Below, piece after piece: positions 9,903 through 19,031 of a stretch of DNA of 64,000 nt. The translations under genes and the position numbers were made by a program. Where the stretch lies: positions 75,790 through 139,789 of the forward strand of contig CAVUBW010000006.1 of the NCBI GenBank assembly GCA_963739835.1, given 5' to 3'. Under the pieces are notes generated by a model that was given only the letters and a program-made list of their open reading frames with translations, was not told where the DNA came from and did no database searches. Each line of letters begins with the position of its first letter. The stretch's first letter is position 1. Source of the stretch: an uncultured Acidimicrobiales bacterium. Its GTDB lineage: Bacteria; Actinomycetota; Acidimicrobiia; Acidimicrobiales; VFJN01.

Positions 9903-10586
9903 ATGGAGCCGATTCTGCACTTCCGCGCCGCCGTCGCGCTGCTCGGACGGTTCCCTGCGCTCGCCGGCATCGACCTCGACGTTGTGCGCGGTGAGATCGT
10001 TCTCCTCCGCGGTCCGAACGGGGCAGGCAAGACGACGCTGCTGCGCGCCGCCGCGGGCCTCGTGCCGGTCGTGCGGGGCGAGGCCACCGTCCTCGGCCAC
10101 GACCTGCGCCGGGATGCCGCCGCCGTGCGGCGCCGGGCCGGCCTGCTCGGCCACGCCAGCGCCCTGTTCGACGAGCTGACGGTGGCCGACAACGTCACGT
10201 TCTGGGGCCGGGCCTGCCGGGCCGGGCGGGCCGACATCGAGGGCGCGCTGGGCGTGGTCGGGCTCGCGGCCCGGCTGCGGGACGTGCCGGTGGGCCGCCT
10301 GTCGGCCGGCCAGCGCCGCCGCACCGCCCTGGCCTGCCTGCTGGCCCGCCGCCCCGAGCTGTGGCTGCTGGACGAGCCGCATGCCGGCCTCGACAACGAC
10401 GCCCGCGACATGCTCGACGGGCTCGCCCGCCAGGCGGTCGGCGCGGGGGCGACGGTGGTCATGTCGTCCCACGAGCTCGACCGGGCCGAGGCCCTCGCCG
10501 ACCGCACGGTGTCCCTCGACGCCGGCATGGTGGTGCCGGCGCCGGTCGCGGACGCGCCCGTCGCGGAGGTCACCCATGTGGCGTGA
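9903..10586 (+). CDS. ccmA: Heme ABC exporter ATP-binding protein CcmA
   Basis: 227 aa with Walker A GPNGAGKTTLLR, signature LSAGQRRR and Walker B LWLLDEP. It is the first gene of the ccm operon. Confidence 0.85.
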   Translation: MEPILHFRAAVALLGRFPALAGIDLDVVRGEIVLLRGPNGAGKTTLLRAAAGLVPVVRGEATVLGHDLRRDAAAVRRRAGLLGHASALFDELTVADNVTFWGRACRAGRADIEGALGVVGLAARLRDVPVGRLSAGQRRRTALACLLARRPELWLLDEPHAGLDNDARDMLDGLARQAVGAGATVVMSSHELDRAEALADRTVSLDAGMVVPAPVADAPVAEVTHVA

Positions 10587-11244
10587 CGCCGCCCTGGTCG
10601 CCGGCAGCGACCTGCGGATCGAGGCCCGCAGCCGGGTGACGCTCCACCAGGTGGGGCCGTTCGCCCTGCTGGTGCTCGTGCTGTTCGCGTTCGCCCTCGA
10701 TCCGGCCCGCCAGACCCTGGAGCGGGCCACGCCCGGGCTCTACTGGCTGACCGTGCTGTTCTCGGCCCTCCTGGCCGTGGCCCGCAGCGCCGCGCTCGAC
10801 GAGACCGACGGCGTCCGGGACGCGCTGCGGCTGTCGGCCCTCGAGCCGGCCGGCGTCTTCCTGGGCAAGAGCGCGGCCGTCGCCGCCGAGCTGCTCGTGC
10901 TGGAGGTCCTGCTCGCCGTGGGCGTGATCGTGCTCTACGGCGCCGAGCCGGCCGGGGTCGGGCTGCTCGCCGCGACCTGCGTCGCGGCGACCGTTGCGGT
11001 CGCTTCCACCGGTAGCCTCTACGGCGCCCTGGTCAGTGGCCTGCGGGTGCGCGAGACGCTGCTCCCGCTGCTGCTGCTCCCCGTGCTGGCGCCGGTTCTC
11101 ATCGGTGCCACCCGAGCGTTCGAGGCAGCGCTCGGCGGGGCGCCCGCGGACGGCTGGCCATGGTGCGGCCTGCTCGCCGTGTTCGCCGCCGTGTACTCCG
11201 TCGCCGGGGCAGCCGCCTTCGGGACCCTGCTGGAGGCTTCGTGA
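10576..11244 (+). CDS. ccmB: Heme exporter permease CcmB
   Basis: The ATG at 10576 lies inside ORF 10381..11244. The product is polytopic and hydrophobic (MWRDAALVAGSDLRIEARSRV...LLPLLLLPVLAPVLIGATRAFEAAL), sits between ccmA and ccmC, and overlaps ccmA by 11 nt. Confidence 0.8.
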   Translation: MWRDAALVAGSDLRIEARSRVTLHQVGPFALLVLVLFAFALDPARQTLERATPGLYWLTVLFSALLAVARSAALDETDGVRDALRLSALEPAGVFLGKSAAVAAELLVLEVLLAVGVIVLYGAEPAGVGLLAATCVAATVAVASTGSLYGALVSGLRVRETLLPLLLLPVLAPVLIGATRAFEAALGGAPADGWPWCGLLAVFAAVYSVAGAAAFGTLLEAS

Positions 11245-12038
11245 CCGCTACCGACACCCCCCGGACGTCCCCGGGGACCACCCCCGCCCCGGCCGGCGCC
11301 GCCCCCGGCGATGGCGGCCCGGCGTCCACCGGCTCGCCGGCGAGCCGGGTGCTCGGCCTGCTGGCGCTGGCGTCGCTGGCGCTGCTCGTGCTGTACGGCC
11401 TGGTCATCAGCCCGGCCGACCGCGAGCATGGGCGACTCGGTGCGGCTCATGTACGTCCACGTGCCGTCGGCCACCTACATGTACGTCGGGCTGCTTCTTC
11501 ACCACGTTCGCCTCGGCGCTGTGGCTGTGGAAGCGCACCCGCGGGCTGGGACACGCTGGCCGAGGCGGCGCGCCGAGATCGGCCTGGTGTTCACCGGGCT
11601 CACCCTCGGCACCGGCTCGCTGTGGGGCCGGCCGACCTGGGGCATCTACTGGACCTGGGACGCCCGCCTCACCACGACCGCGGTGCTGACCGCCCTCCTG
11701 CTCGGCTACCTGGCGCTGCGCCGGCTCGACCTCGACCCCGACGCCCGCTCGGCCCGGGCCGCGGTGCTCGGGCTGTTCCTGGTGCCCAACGTGATCGTGG
11801 TCAACCGCTCGGTGGAGTGGTGGCGGACGCCTCCACCAGGGCGACGACGCTGGTCAAGCTCCACCCGACGATCGACGGGAACATGCTGGTGACGCTGATG
11901 GTCGGCTTCCTGGCGCTGGGGCTCACCTTCGCCTGGCTGATGGTCCACCGCTTCCGGATCGCCTGGCTCGAGGCCCAGGCCGACCGGCTCGACCTCGACG
12001 CGGCCCTGGCCGCCCGGCGGGCGGAGGCCGGCCGATGA
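11241..12038 (+). CDS. ccmC: Heme exporter/heme lyase component CcmC, frame-disrupted about 6 times
   Basis: The GTG at 11241 overlaps the ccmB stop (GTGA). CcmC hallmarks are spread over three frames: VRLMYVHVPSA, CFFTTFASALWLWKRTRG, WDTLAEAA, AEIGLVFTGLTLGTGSLWGRPTWGIYWTWDARLTTT (WGxxWxWD heme-handling motif), SVEWWRT and LHQ. Confidence 0.85.
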   Translation: MTATDTPRTSPGTTPAPAGAAPGDGGPASTGSPASRVLGLLALASLALLVLYGLVISPADREHGRLGAAHVRPRAVGHLHVRRAASSPRSPRRCGCGSAPAGWDTLAEAARRDRPGVHRAHPRHRLAVGPADLGHLLDLGRPPHHDRGADRPPARLPGAAPARPRPRRPLGPGRGARAVPGAQRDRGQPLGGVVADASTRATTLVKLHPTIDGNMLVTLMVGFLALGLTFAWLMVHRFRIAWLEAQADRLDLDAALAARRAEAGR

Positions 12039-12178
12039 TCGCCATGACGCACGCGGGCTACGTCGCCGCCGGCTGGATCGGCGCCGGGCTCCTGCTCGGC
12101 GGCTACGCCCTCAGCCTGGTCCGCCGGGGCCGCACGCTGTCGCGCCAGGTGCCCCCGGAGGAGCGGCGGTGGAGCTGA
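12035..12178 (+). CDS. ccmD: Small single-TM protein in the CcmD position
   Basis: Own translation, too short for the track: MIAMTHAGYVAAGWIGAGLLLGGYALSLVRRGRTLSRQVPPEERRWS. The ATG overlaps the ccmC stop (ATGA) and the 3' end overlaps the ccmE start. Confidence 0.55.
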   Translation: MIAMTHAGYVAAGWIGAGLLLGGYALSLVRRGRTLSRQVPPEERRWS

Positions 12179-12726
12179 CCCCCCGCACGCTCGACCCCGA
12201 GCGCGACGGCACCCTCGGCGACCACGACGGCGGTGACGGCGCCGGCGCCGGCCCCACTCGGCCCCGGGCACGCCGGCGGCGGCGCTGGCTGCCGATGGTC
12301 GTGCTGGCCGTCGTGCTGGCGCGGCCTCGGCGGGCTCGTCTACAAGGGCCTGTCCGACGCGACCCTCTACTTCCGCAACGCCGACGAGGCGGTCGCCCAG
12401 CGCGACAGCCTGGGCACCAAGCGCTTCCGGCTCCAGGGCACGGTCGTCGGCCAGCCGGTCGAGGCACCGCGGCGCCGTCGACTTCGACGTGCGGTTCAAC
12501 GGCGTCGACCGTCGCCGTCCACCACGAGGGCGAGCCCGCCCGACCTGTTCAAGCCGGGCATCCCGGTCGTGGCTCGAGGGCCACTGGCGGGAGCGGCGCC
12601 GCCGTGTTCGACAGCGACCGCATCCTGGTCAAGCACGACGCCAGCTACGAGTCCAAGGACGACTACAACCGCCGGATCGCCGAGGCCCAGCAGGGCAGCG
12701 ACCAGGGCGAGGGCGCGACGCCGTGA
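12169..12726 (+). CDS. ccmE: Cytochrome c-type biogenesis heme chaperone CcmE, frame-disrupted
   Basis: Fragments lie in ORFs 12169, 12233 and 12489: RRRWLPMVVLAVVLA, GLGGLVYKGLSDATLYFRNADEAVAQRDSLGTKRFRLQGTVV, AVHHEGEP, DLFKPGIPVVA, AVFDSDRILVKHDASYESKDDY. Confidence 0.8.
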   Translation: MELTPRTLDPERDGTLGDHDGGDGAGAGPTRPRARRRRRWLPMVVLAVVLARPRRARLQGPVRRDPLLPQRRRGGRPARQPGHQALPAPGHGRRPAGRGTAAPSTSTCGSTASTVAVHHEGEPARPVQAGHPGRGSRATGGSGAAVFDSDRILVKHDASYESKDDYNRRIAEAQQGSDQGEGATP

Positions 12727-14773
12727 ACGCCGCGCTCGGGAACCGCCGGCGTCGTGCTCGGCGTCGCCGCCTCCATCGGCGGCGTGGTCACGCTGGCCGT
12801 CGGCGCTGGCCGGCGCGCAACGCCCCGGCTGATGCGCCGTGGGCCGCTCGTACGTCTGGCTCGCCCTCGGCGGGGCGGTGCTCGCGGTCGTGGCGATGGA
12901 GCGGGCGCTGATCACCCGCGACTTCTCGATGCGGTACGTCGCCGAGAACGGCACGCAGCCGCACGCCGGTGCTCTACAACGTCACCACGCTGTGGGCCGC
13001 GCTCGAGGGCTCGATCCTGCTGTGGGTGCTGATCCTCGGCGGCTACACTGGCGCTGGTCGTGCACAAGTTCCGCGCGCCGGCTCGACGACCCGCTCGTCG
13101 GCTGGGCGCTGCTCACCATGCTCGTCGGTCGGCCGCTTCTTCTTCGCTGCTGATGCTCGGCCCGGCCAACCCGTTCCAGCACGTTCGCCGCCGCCGCCCG
13201 GCTCGACGGCCCCGGGCCCAACCCGCTGCTGCAGAACCACCCGCTGATGGCGTTCCACCCGCCGATGCTCTACCTGGGCTACGTCGGCTTCACCGTGCCG
13301 TTCGCCTTCGCGATCGCCGCGCTCGTCACCGGCCGGGTCGGCGAGGGCTGGCTGCGTCGAGACCCGCCGCTGGACGCTGTTCGCCTGGGGCTTCCTCACC
13401 ATCGGCATCGTCCTCGGCGCGCTGGTGGAGCTACGAGGTGCTCGGCTGGGGCGGCTACTGGGCGCTGGGACCCGGTCGAGAACGCGTCGTTCCTGCCGTG
13501 GCTCACCGGCACCGCCTTCATCCACTCGGTGATCGTGCAGGAGCGCCGCGGGATGCTGCGCGTCTGGAACCTGTCGCTGCTGTGCGCCACGTTCGCCTCA
13601 CGATCCTCGGCACGTTCCTCACCCGCTCCGGCGTCCTCGACTCGCGTGCACGCGTTCACCGAGTCGGCACGATCGGCACCGTGGCTGCTCGCGTTCTTCG
13701 GCGCTCATCGTGGTCGTCGTCGCTCGGGCTGATCGCCTGGCGCGGCGACCGCCTGCGCTCGCCCGGGCGCATCGACTCGCCGGTCTCGCGCGAGGGCGCG
13801 TTCCTCGCCAACAACGTGCTGTTCGCCGCGTTCGCGTTCGTCGTGCTGCTCGGCACCGTGTTCCCGCTGCTCGTCGAGGCGCTGCAGCGACGAGCCGCAT
13901 CGTCGGTCGGCGCGCCGTACTTCGACCGCATGACGCATGCCGATCGGCCTCGCGCTGCTGTTCCTCATGGCCGTCGCGCCGGTGCTGCCGTGGCGCAAGG
14001 CCAGCGGCGAGCTGCTGCGCCACCGGCTGTTCTGGCCGGCCTGGGTCGGCGCCGGCGCGCTCGTGGTCGCCGTCGCTGCTCGGCGCCCGGCGGCCTGGCG
14101 CCGCTGCGTCGCCTTCGGGCTCGGCGGGTTCGCCGCCGGCTCGGCCGTGCCGCCAGCTCGTGCTGGCCACCCGCCGCCAGGGCTGGCGCGGCCTCGTCGG
14201 CCGGGCCAACGGCGGCATGGTCGTGCACCTCGGCGTGGTCATCATCGCCGTGGCGCTCGCCGCGTCGCAGCAGCTACGTACACCGAGAAGGAGTTCACGC
14301 TGGCCGCGGGCGAGCACGGCCACCGTCGCCGGCCACACGTTCACCTACCTGGGCGGCCGCACGATCGAGCGAGTCGAACAAGACCGTCGGTCCGGGCCCA
14401 CGTCCGGATCGACGGCACGGCACGTTCGAGCCCGCCATCAACCGGTTCCCGGTCGGCCAGCAGTCGATCGGCACGCCCGTCGGTGTCGACCTCGCCGACC
14501 GAGGACGTGTACCTGTCGCTGGTGTCGGCCCCGGCCGACGACGAGGGCCAGACGGTCGGGCTGCGGGTCGTGGTCCAGCCGCTGATCATGTGGCTGTGGA
14601 TCGGCGGCGCGGTCATGGCGGTCGGCACCCTGCTCGCCGCCTTCCCCGGGCGGCGCCGGCGCAACCCGATCGACCCCGTGTCCGCACCGGTGCCGGGCCT
14701 GGAGACCCGCGGTCCGGAACGGGCGGTCGCCCCGCCCGAGGACGAGCGCGAGCCGGTGGAGGTCGGCGCGTGA
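12723..14773 (+). CDS. ccmF: Cytochrome c heme lyase subunit CcmF, heavily frame-disrupted
   Basis: The GTG overlaps the ccmE stop. Diagnostic pieces lie in several frames: MLYNVTTLWAALEGSILLWVLILGGYT, MAFHPPMLYLGYVGFTVPFAFAIAALVTGRVGEGWL, WDPVENASFLPWLTGTAFIHSVIVQERRGMLRVWNLSLL and the C-terminus ...LRVVVQPLIMWLWIGGAVMAVGTLLAAFPGRRR. Confidence 0.85.
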
Positions 14774-15374
14774 GCGACACCGACACCGACCTGGTCGAGG
14801 ACGAGGAGGTGGCGCCCCGCCGCCGCACCGGGCTGATCGTCTCGGGCGTCGTCGCCGTGGTGGCGCTGGCGCTGCGTCGCCGTCCTGGCGACCAGCGACC
14901 CGGCCAACGAGCGGCGCTCCCGCAGCCCGCTGGTGGGCCAGCACGGTGCCGGCCGCTGGCGGGCGAGACGCTCGACGGTGGGCACGTTCGACCTCGACGC
15001 CCAGCGGGGCCAGTGGGTCGTGGTCAACTTCTTCGCCACGTGGTGCGTGCCGTGCATCCAGGAGCACCCCGAGCTCATGGCGTTCGACGAGGAGCACAAG
15101 GTGCTCGGCGACGCGGCGGTGGTGAGCGTGGTCTTCTCCGACGACGCCGGCAAGGCCCGGGACTTCTTCGTCGAGAACGGCGGCGACTGGCCCGTGCTCG
15201 ACGACCAGGAAGGCAGCGCCGCGCTCGACTTCGGCGTGCCCAAGGTGCCCGAGACCTACCTGGTCGACCCCGACGGGGCTGGTGGTCGCCAAGTTCACCG
15301 GCGGGGTCACCCAGGAGGGCATCGACAGCGCCATCGACGACTTCGAGGCCGCGGCCGGGGAGAGCGCGCCGTGA
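14770..15374 (+). CDS. ccmG: Thiol:disulfide oxidoreductase CcmG/DsbE (TlpA-like thioredoxin), frame-disrupted
   Basis: The GTG overlaps the ccmF stop. There is an N-terminal TM (GLIVSGVVAVVALAL). The thioredoxin core in ORF 14933 is QWVVVNFFATWCVPCIQEHPEL (WCxPC). The tail VVAKFTGGVTQEGIDSAIDDFEAAAGESAP lies in a third frame. Confidence 0.8.
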
Positions 15375-15829
15375 GGCGCACGGCCGGCTGGCTGGTGATG
15401 CTGGTCGTGCTGGTCGGGGCGCTGGTGTTCGGGGTCACCAGCGGCCGGACGGCGACGTCCGACGAGGCGCGGGCCCGCAACCTGGCCGAGTCGCTGGCCT
15501 GCCCGGTGTGCGACGGCCAGTCCGTGGCCGACTCCGACTCGGACGCGGCGAAGGGCATCCGCACCCGCATCTCGGAGCGCATCGCGGCGGGCGCGAGCGA
15601 CGCCGAGATCCGCGACGAGCTGGCCGCGTCGTACGGCGAGAAGGTGCTGCTCACGCCGGGCCGGTCCGGGGTGTCGAGCCTGGTGTGGACGCTGCCGGCC
15701 GTGGCGCTCGTGCTGGCCGTGGTCGGGCTCGCGTTCGCCTTCCGGCGCTGGCGGGGTGGTGGCCACGCGCACGCCAGCGACGCCGACCGCGAGCTGGTCG
15801 ACCGGGCGCGGGCGGGAGCCGAGCCGTGA
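15371..15829 (+). CDS. ccmH: Cytochrome c-type biogenesis protein CcmH/NrfF
   Basis: The GTG at 15371 overlaps the ccmG stop. Sequence: VRRTAGWLVMLVVLVGALVF...LAESLACPVCDGQSVADSDSDAAKGIR (CxxC heme-ligation motif), followed by a C-terminal TM. Intact. Confidence 0.85.
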   Translation: MRRTAGWLVMLVVLVGALVFGVTSGRTATSDEARARNLAESLACPVCDGQSVADSDSDAAKGIRTRISERIAAGASDAEIRDELAASYGEKVLLTPGRSGVSSLVWTLPAVALVLAVVGLAFAFRRWRGGGHAHASDADRELVDRARAGAEP

Positions 15830-16563
15830 CCGCGCTCGAGGACCAGCGCGACTTCCTGCTGCGCTCGCTCGACGACCTGGAGCGCGAGCACGACGCGGGC
15901 GACGTCGACGACGTCGACTACGAGACGCTGAAGGACGACTACACGGCCCGGGCCGCCCGCGCGCTCCGGGCGATCGAGTCACGCGAGGCCAGGGCCGCGG
16001 CCGCCGCGTCCGGCCGGCCGCGGCACCGGTCCTGGCGGCGGCTGGTGCTCACGGGGGTGGGGGTCGCGGCCTTCGCCCTGCTGACCGGGGTGCTCGTCGC
16101 CCAGGCCGCCGGCCGGCGCGGGGCCGGCGACGCGCTCACCGGCGACATCCGCCAGACCACCCGGGTGAAGCTCGACAGCGCGCTGAGCCTGGCGTCGCAG
16201 GGGCACTACGACGAGGCCATCGCCGTCTACGACCACGTGCTCGCCGACCAGCCCGACAACGTCGAGGCGATGACGTTCAAGGGCTGGTTCCAGCTCCAGT
16301 CGGGCGACGGCCAGGGCGTGGTCACCCTGATCGACGCGGTCGAGGTCGACCCCGACTACCCCGCCACCCACGCCTTCCTGGCCGTGGCGTTCGAGAAGCT
16401 GGGCCGGGCGGACACCGCCCGGGACGAGATCGCCCGGCTCGACGCCCTCGACCCGCCGCCGCAGTACGTGGCGCTCACGGGCCCGCTGCGGACGCGGCTC
16501 GGCCTGCCGGCGGCGCCGGTCCCGACGACGGCCCCGACGAGCGCGGCCCCGCCCGCGGGCTAG
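15826..16563 (+). CDS. TM plus TPR protein in the CcmI (CcmH C-terminal) position
   Basis: The GTG at 15826 overlaps the ccmH stop. There is one TM (LVLTGVGVAAFALLTGVLVAQAA), then TPR-like GHYDEAIAVYDHVLADQPDNVEAMTFKGW...FLAVAFEKLGRADTARDEIARL. Confidence 0.65.
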   Translation: MTALEDQRDFLLRSLDDLEREHDAGDVDDVDYETLKDDYTARAARALRAIESREARAAAAASGRPRHRSWRRLVLTGVGVAAFALLTGVLVAQAAGRRGAGDALTGDIRQTTRVKLDSALSLASQGHYDEAIAVYDHVLADQPDNVEAMTFKGWFQLQSGDGQGVVTLIDAVEVDPDYPATHAFLAVAFEKLGRADTARDEIARLDALDPPPQYVALTGPLRTRLGLPAAPVPTTAPTSAAPPAG

Positions 16564-17039
16564 CGCTCGGGGGGCGGCACGTAGCGCGCCTTGGACCAGT
16601 GGCCGTCGTCCTCGGTCACGATCCAGGTGCAGCCTTTGGGCCACAGCAGCGGGTCGCGGAACCGGGTGCCGTTGGCCTGGAGGGTCCGCAGCATCTCGGG
16701 GATGACGTCGCCGTGGCTGCACAGCACCGCGGTCGAGCCCCGGGCGCGCAGCTCGGCGGCCAGCTCCAGCGCGGCGTCGCCACCGGCGCCCTCGGCCAGG
16801 CGGCGGTCGGTGCGGACCTTCATGCCCAGGCGCGTGCCCAGCGGCTCCAGCGTCTGGACGCAGCGGACCGACGGGCTGCTCACCAGCCGGTCGATCCCGG
16901 CGTCGGCCAGGGCGTCCGCGATCCCCTGGGCCTGCTTGCGGCCCTTGCCGGTGAGCGGGCGGAAGTCGTCGATGTCGTCGTCCCATGCGGTCCGATGGCC
17001 GGCATTCGCGTGCCGGACGACGAGGAGCCTCATGATCAC
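16560..17039 (-). CDS. Histidine phosphatase family protein (SixA-like)
   Basis: 159 aa: MIMRLLVVRHANAGHR (RHG-type motif) ... VLCSHGDVIPEML. Confidence 0.8.
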   Translation of the reverse strand: MIMRLLVVRHANAGHRTAWDDDIDDFRPLTGKGRKQAQGIADALADAGIDRLVSSPSVRCVQTLEPLGTRLGMKVRTDRRLAEGAGGDAALELAAELRARGSTAVLCSHGDVIPEMLRTLQANGTRFRDPLLWPKGCTWIVTEDDGHWSKARYVPPPER

Positions 17040-17069
17040 TGCATCATGCCAGAGCGACCACCGATCCGA

Positions 17070-18224
17070 TCACTGAGCGCCGCGAAGATCGGCGAGGACC
17101 CGGGGCAGGGCGTCCAGGAGCCGGTCGATGTCGTCGTCGGTGGTCGACCACCCGACCGAGAGGCGCAGGGAGTGGTGGGCGTCGACGCCCATCGCCTCGA
17201 GCACCGGCGACGGCTCGAGCGCCTCGGACGCGCAGGCGCTGCCCGAGTGCACGGCGACGCCGGCCTGGTCGAGGCCGAGCAGCGACGGCCTGGGGCTCGA
17301 CGCCGTCGATCGCCGAGGCACACGAGGTGGGGGAGCCGGCTCGTCCGGGTCGCCGTAGACCGGGACGCCGTCGAGCCCGGCGACCGGCGGCGAGCGACCA
17401 GGCGCGTCGGTCAGGCGGCGCGGCTCGGCGCGCCTCGGCGCCGAGCGGCGCCGTCGGCCAGCGCCGCGCACGCGGCGCCGAAGCCCGACGATGGCGGGCA
17501 CGTTCTCGAGGCCGGCCCGCCGGGCCCGCTCCTGGTCGCCGCCGACGCAGCAGCGGCGCGCAGCCGCAGGCCCGCGGCGCACGAGCAGCGCGCCGACGCC
17601 GGCCGGGCCGCCGAGCTTGTGGGCGCTGACCGACAGCAGGTCGGCGCCGAGCGTCGCGAAGTCGATCGGCACGTGCCCGGCCGCCTGCGCCGCGTCGACG
17701 TGGACGAGCACGCCCCGCTCCCGGCAGCGCGGCGACGACCTCGGCCACCGGCTGGAGCGTGCCGACCTCGTGGTTGCCCCACTGCACGTGCACGAGCGCG
17801 GTGTCGGGCCGCGACCGCGGCCATCAGCTCGTCGGCGTCGACCCGGCCCGCGCCGTCGACGCCGACGACGGTCGACCTCGCCGCGGCGGCGCGGCGGCCG
17901 AGCGCGCACCGCGGAGTGCTCGACCGCGCGGCACGACCTGGTGGCGCGCCCCGGGCTCGGCGGCGCCCCAGCACGGCGGCGGCGATCGCCTCGGTGGCGC
18001 CGCTGGTGAACACGACCTCGCGGGGCCGGGCGCCGAGCAGGGCGGCGACCTGCTCGCGGGCCTGCTCGACCGCGACCCGCGGCGGCCATGCCCTCGGCGT
18101 GGATGCGGCCGGGGTCGCCGGCCAGGTCGAGCGCGGCGACCATCGCCGTCGCCGGGCCTCGGGCCGCAGCGGCGAGGTCGACGCGTGGTCGAGGTAGTGG
18201 CCGGCGGCCGGACGCCGGGCTCAC
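17070..18224 (-). CDS. Cysteine desulfurase (class V aminotransferase, NifS/IscS-like), heavily frame-disrupted
   Basis: Fragments lie in three minus frames: YLDHASTSPLRPEAR, GDPGRIHAEGMAA, VFTSGATEAIAAAVLG, LVHVQWGNHEVGTLQPV, VLVHVDAAQAAGHVPIDFATLGADLLSVSAHKLGGPAGVGALLVRRG (PLP-Lys), HSGSACASEALEPSPVLEAMGV (active-site Cys loop). The GTG at 18224 overlaps the upstream stop. Confidence 0.8.
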   Translation of the reverse strand: MSPASGRRPLPRPRVDLAAAARGPATAMVAALDLAGDPGRIHAEGMAAAGRGRAGPRAGRRPARRPAPRGRVHQRRHRGDRRRRAGAPPSPGRATRSCRAVEHSAVRARPPRRRGEVDRRRRRRRGPGRRRRADGRGRGPTPRSCTCSGATTRSARSSRWPRSSPRCRERGVLVHVDAAQAAGHVPIDFATLGADLLSVSAHKLGGPAGVGALLVRRGPAAARRCCVGGDQERARRAGLENVPAIVGLRRRVRGAGRRRRSAPRRAEPRRLTDAPGRSPPVAGLDGVPVYGDPDEPAPPPRVPRRSTASSPRPSLLGLDQAGVAVHSGSACASEALEPSPVLEAMGVDAHHSLRLSVGWSTTDDDIDRLLDALPRVLADLRGAQ

Positions 18225-18959
18225 GTGCCTGCGACGGCGGTGACGCAGTGCTCGTCGCCCGTCGGGCAGCGACGACTCGAGTCTCGGTGGCGGTCTCGCC
18301 GTAGAGCGCGCTCGAGCATGCCCTTGACCATGCCCCGGTCGACGGCGCAGATGACCGGGTGCTCGATGCGCGGCGTCGCCGAACGGGCAGTGCTCGGAGA
18401 CGATGCGCAGCTCGTTGCCGTGCTTCTCGGCGTGGGCGGCGAAGCCGTGGGCGGTGAGCGCGTCGGCCACGGCGTGCAGCGCGGCGCGGAACGACCGCTG
18501 GCGCGTCGGCCGCGGTCGCCCATGGCGCTGCGCCATCGCCCGGCCGTACTCGATGCCGACCTCCTCGGCCATCGCCTCGGCCTCGCTCGCGGGGCAGCAG
18601 CGTCGAGCGCCCGGCCGAGCAGCGTGACGAGCACGTCGTCGTGGCGCAGCGGCGAGGTCGAGCGTGATCGTCGTGCGTCGGTGGCCCGGTAGCGCTTGGA
18701 CGGCCGGCCGGCGCCGGCGCCGTCGGCGCGGCCGACGGCGACCTCGAGGTAGCCGCCGGCGGCGAGCTTGTCGAGGTGGTGGCGGGCGACGTTGGGGTGC
18801 AGGTCGAAGCGCTCGGCGACCTCGGCCGCGGTGACGCCCGTCGGCGGTGCTCGCGGGCGAAGAGGTAGATCTCCCGGCGGGTCGGGTCGCCGAAGGCCGA
18901 GGTGATGGCCGTGACCGCCGACGGCGAACTCGGTCGGGCTGAGGGGCGGCTCGGTCCAC
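18221..18959 (-). CDS. ArsR-type HTH regulator with Cys-containing C-terminal domain (SufR-like), frame-disrupted
   Basis: Fragments: SAFGDPTRREIYLFAREHR, GVTAAEVAERFDLHPNVARHHLDKLAAGGYLEV, EAEAMAEEVGIEYGRAMAQRHG, FRAALHAVADALTAHGFAAHAEKHGNELRIVSEHCPFGDAA, IEHPVICAVDRGMVKGMLERAL. The N-terminal boundary is approximate. Confidence 0.65.
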
Positions 18960-19031
18960 GCCGGTATTCTACCTATCGCCGTAGTGGAAATCCCCGGCGG
19001 CCCGCGCCCGCGCAGCCCCGACGACCGCCCG

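Noticed and set aside
11241-15374. Interpreting ccmC-ccmG (and the other shredded genes) as genuine pseudogenes, i.e. loss of cytochrome c maturation
   Set aside because: The events are dense single-base insertions. There are no stops, deletions or divergence of the encoded peptides. The flanking ccmA/B/H genes are perfect and all inter-gene overlaps are preserved. This is not how natural gene decay looks. It remains formally unproven without reads.
13060-16563. 1167-aa ORF, the longest in the track
   Set aside because: It is a chimera. Its frame happens to stay open across out-of-frame parts of ccmF and ccmG, and it only becomes a real protein (the TPR/CcmI-like gene) from the GTG at 15826. 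Most of its translation is Arg/Ala/Pro-rich nonsense.
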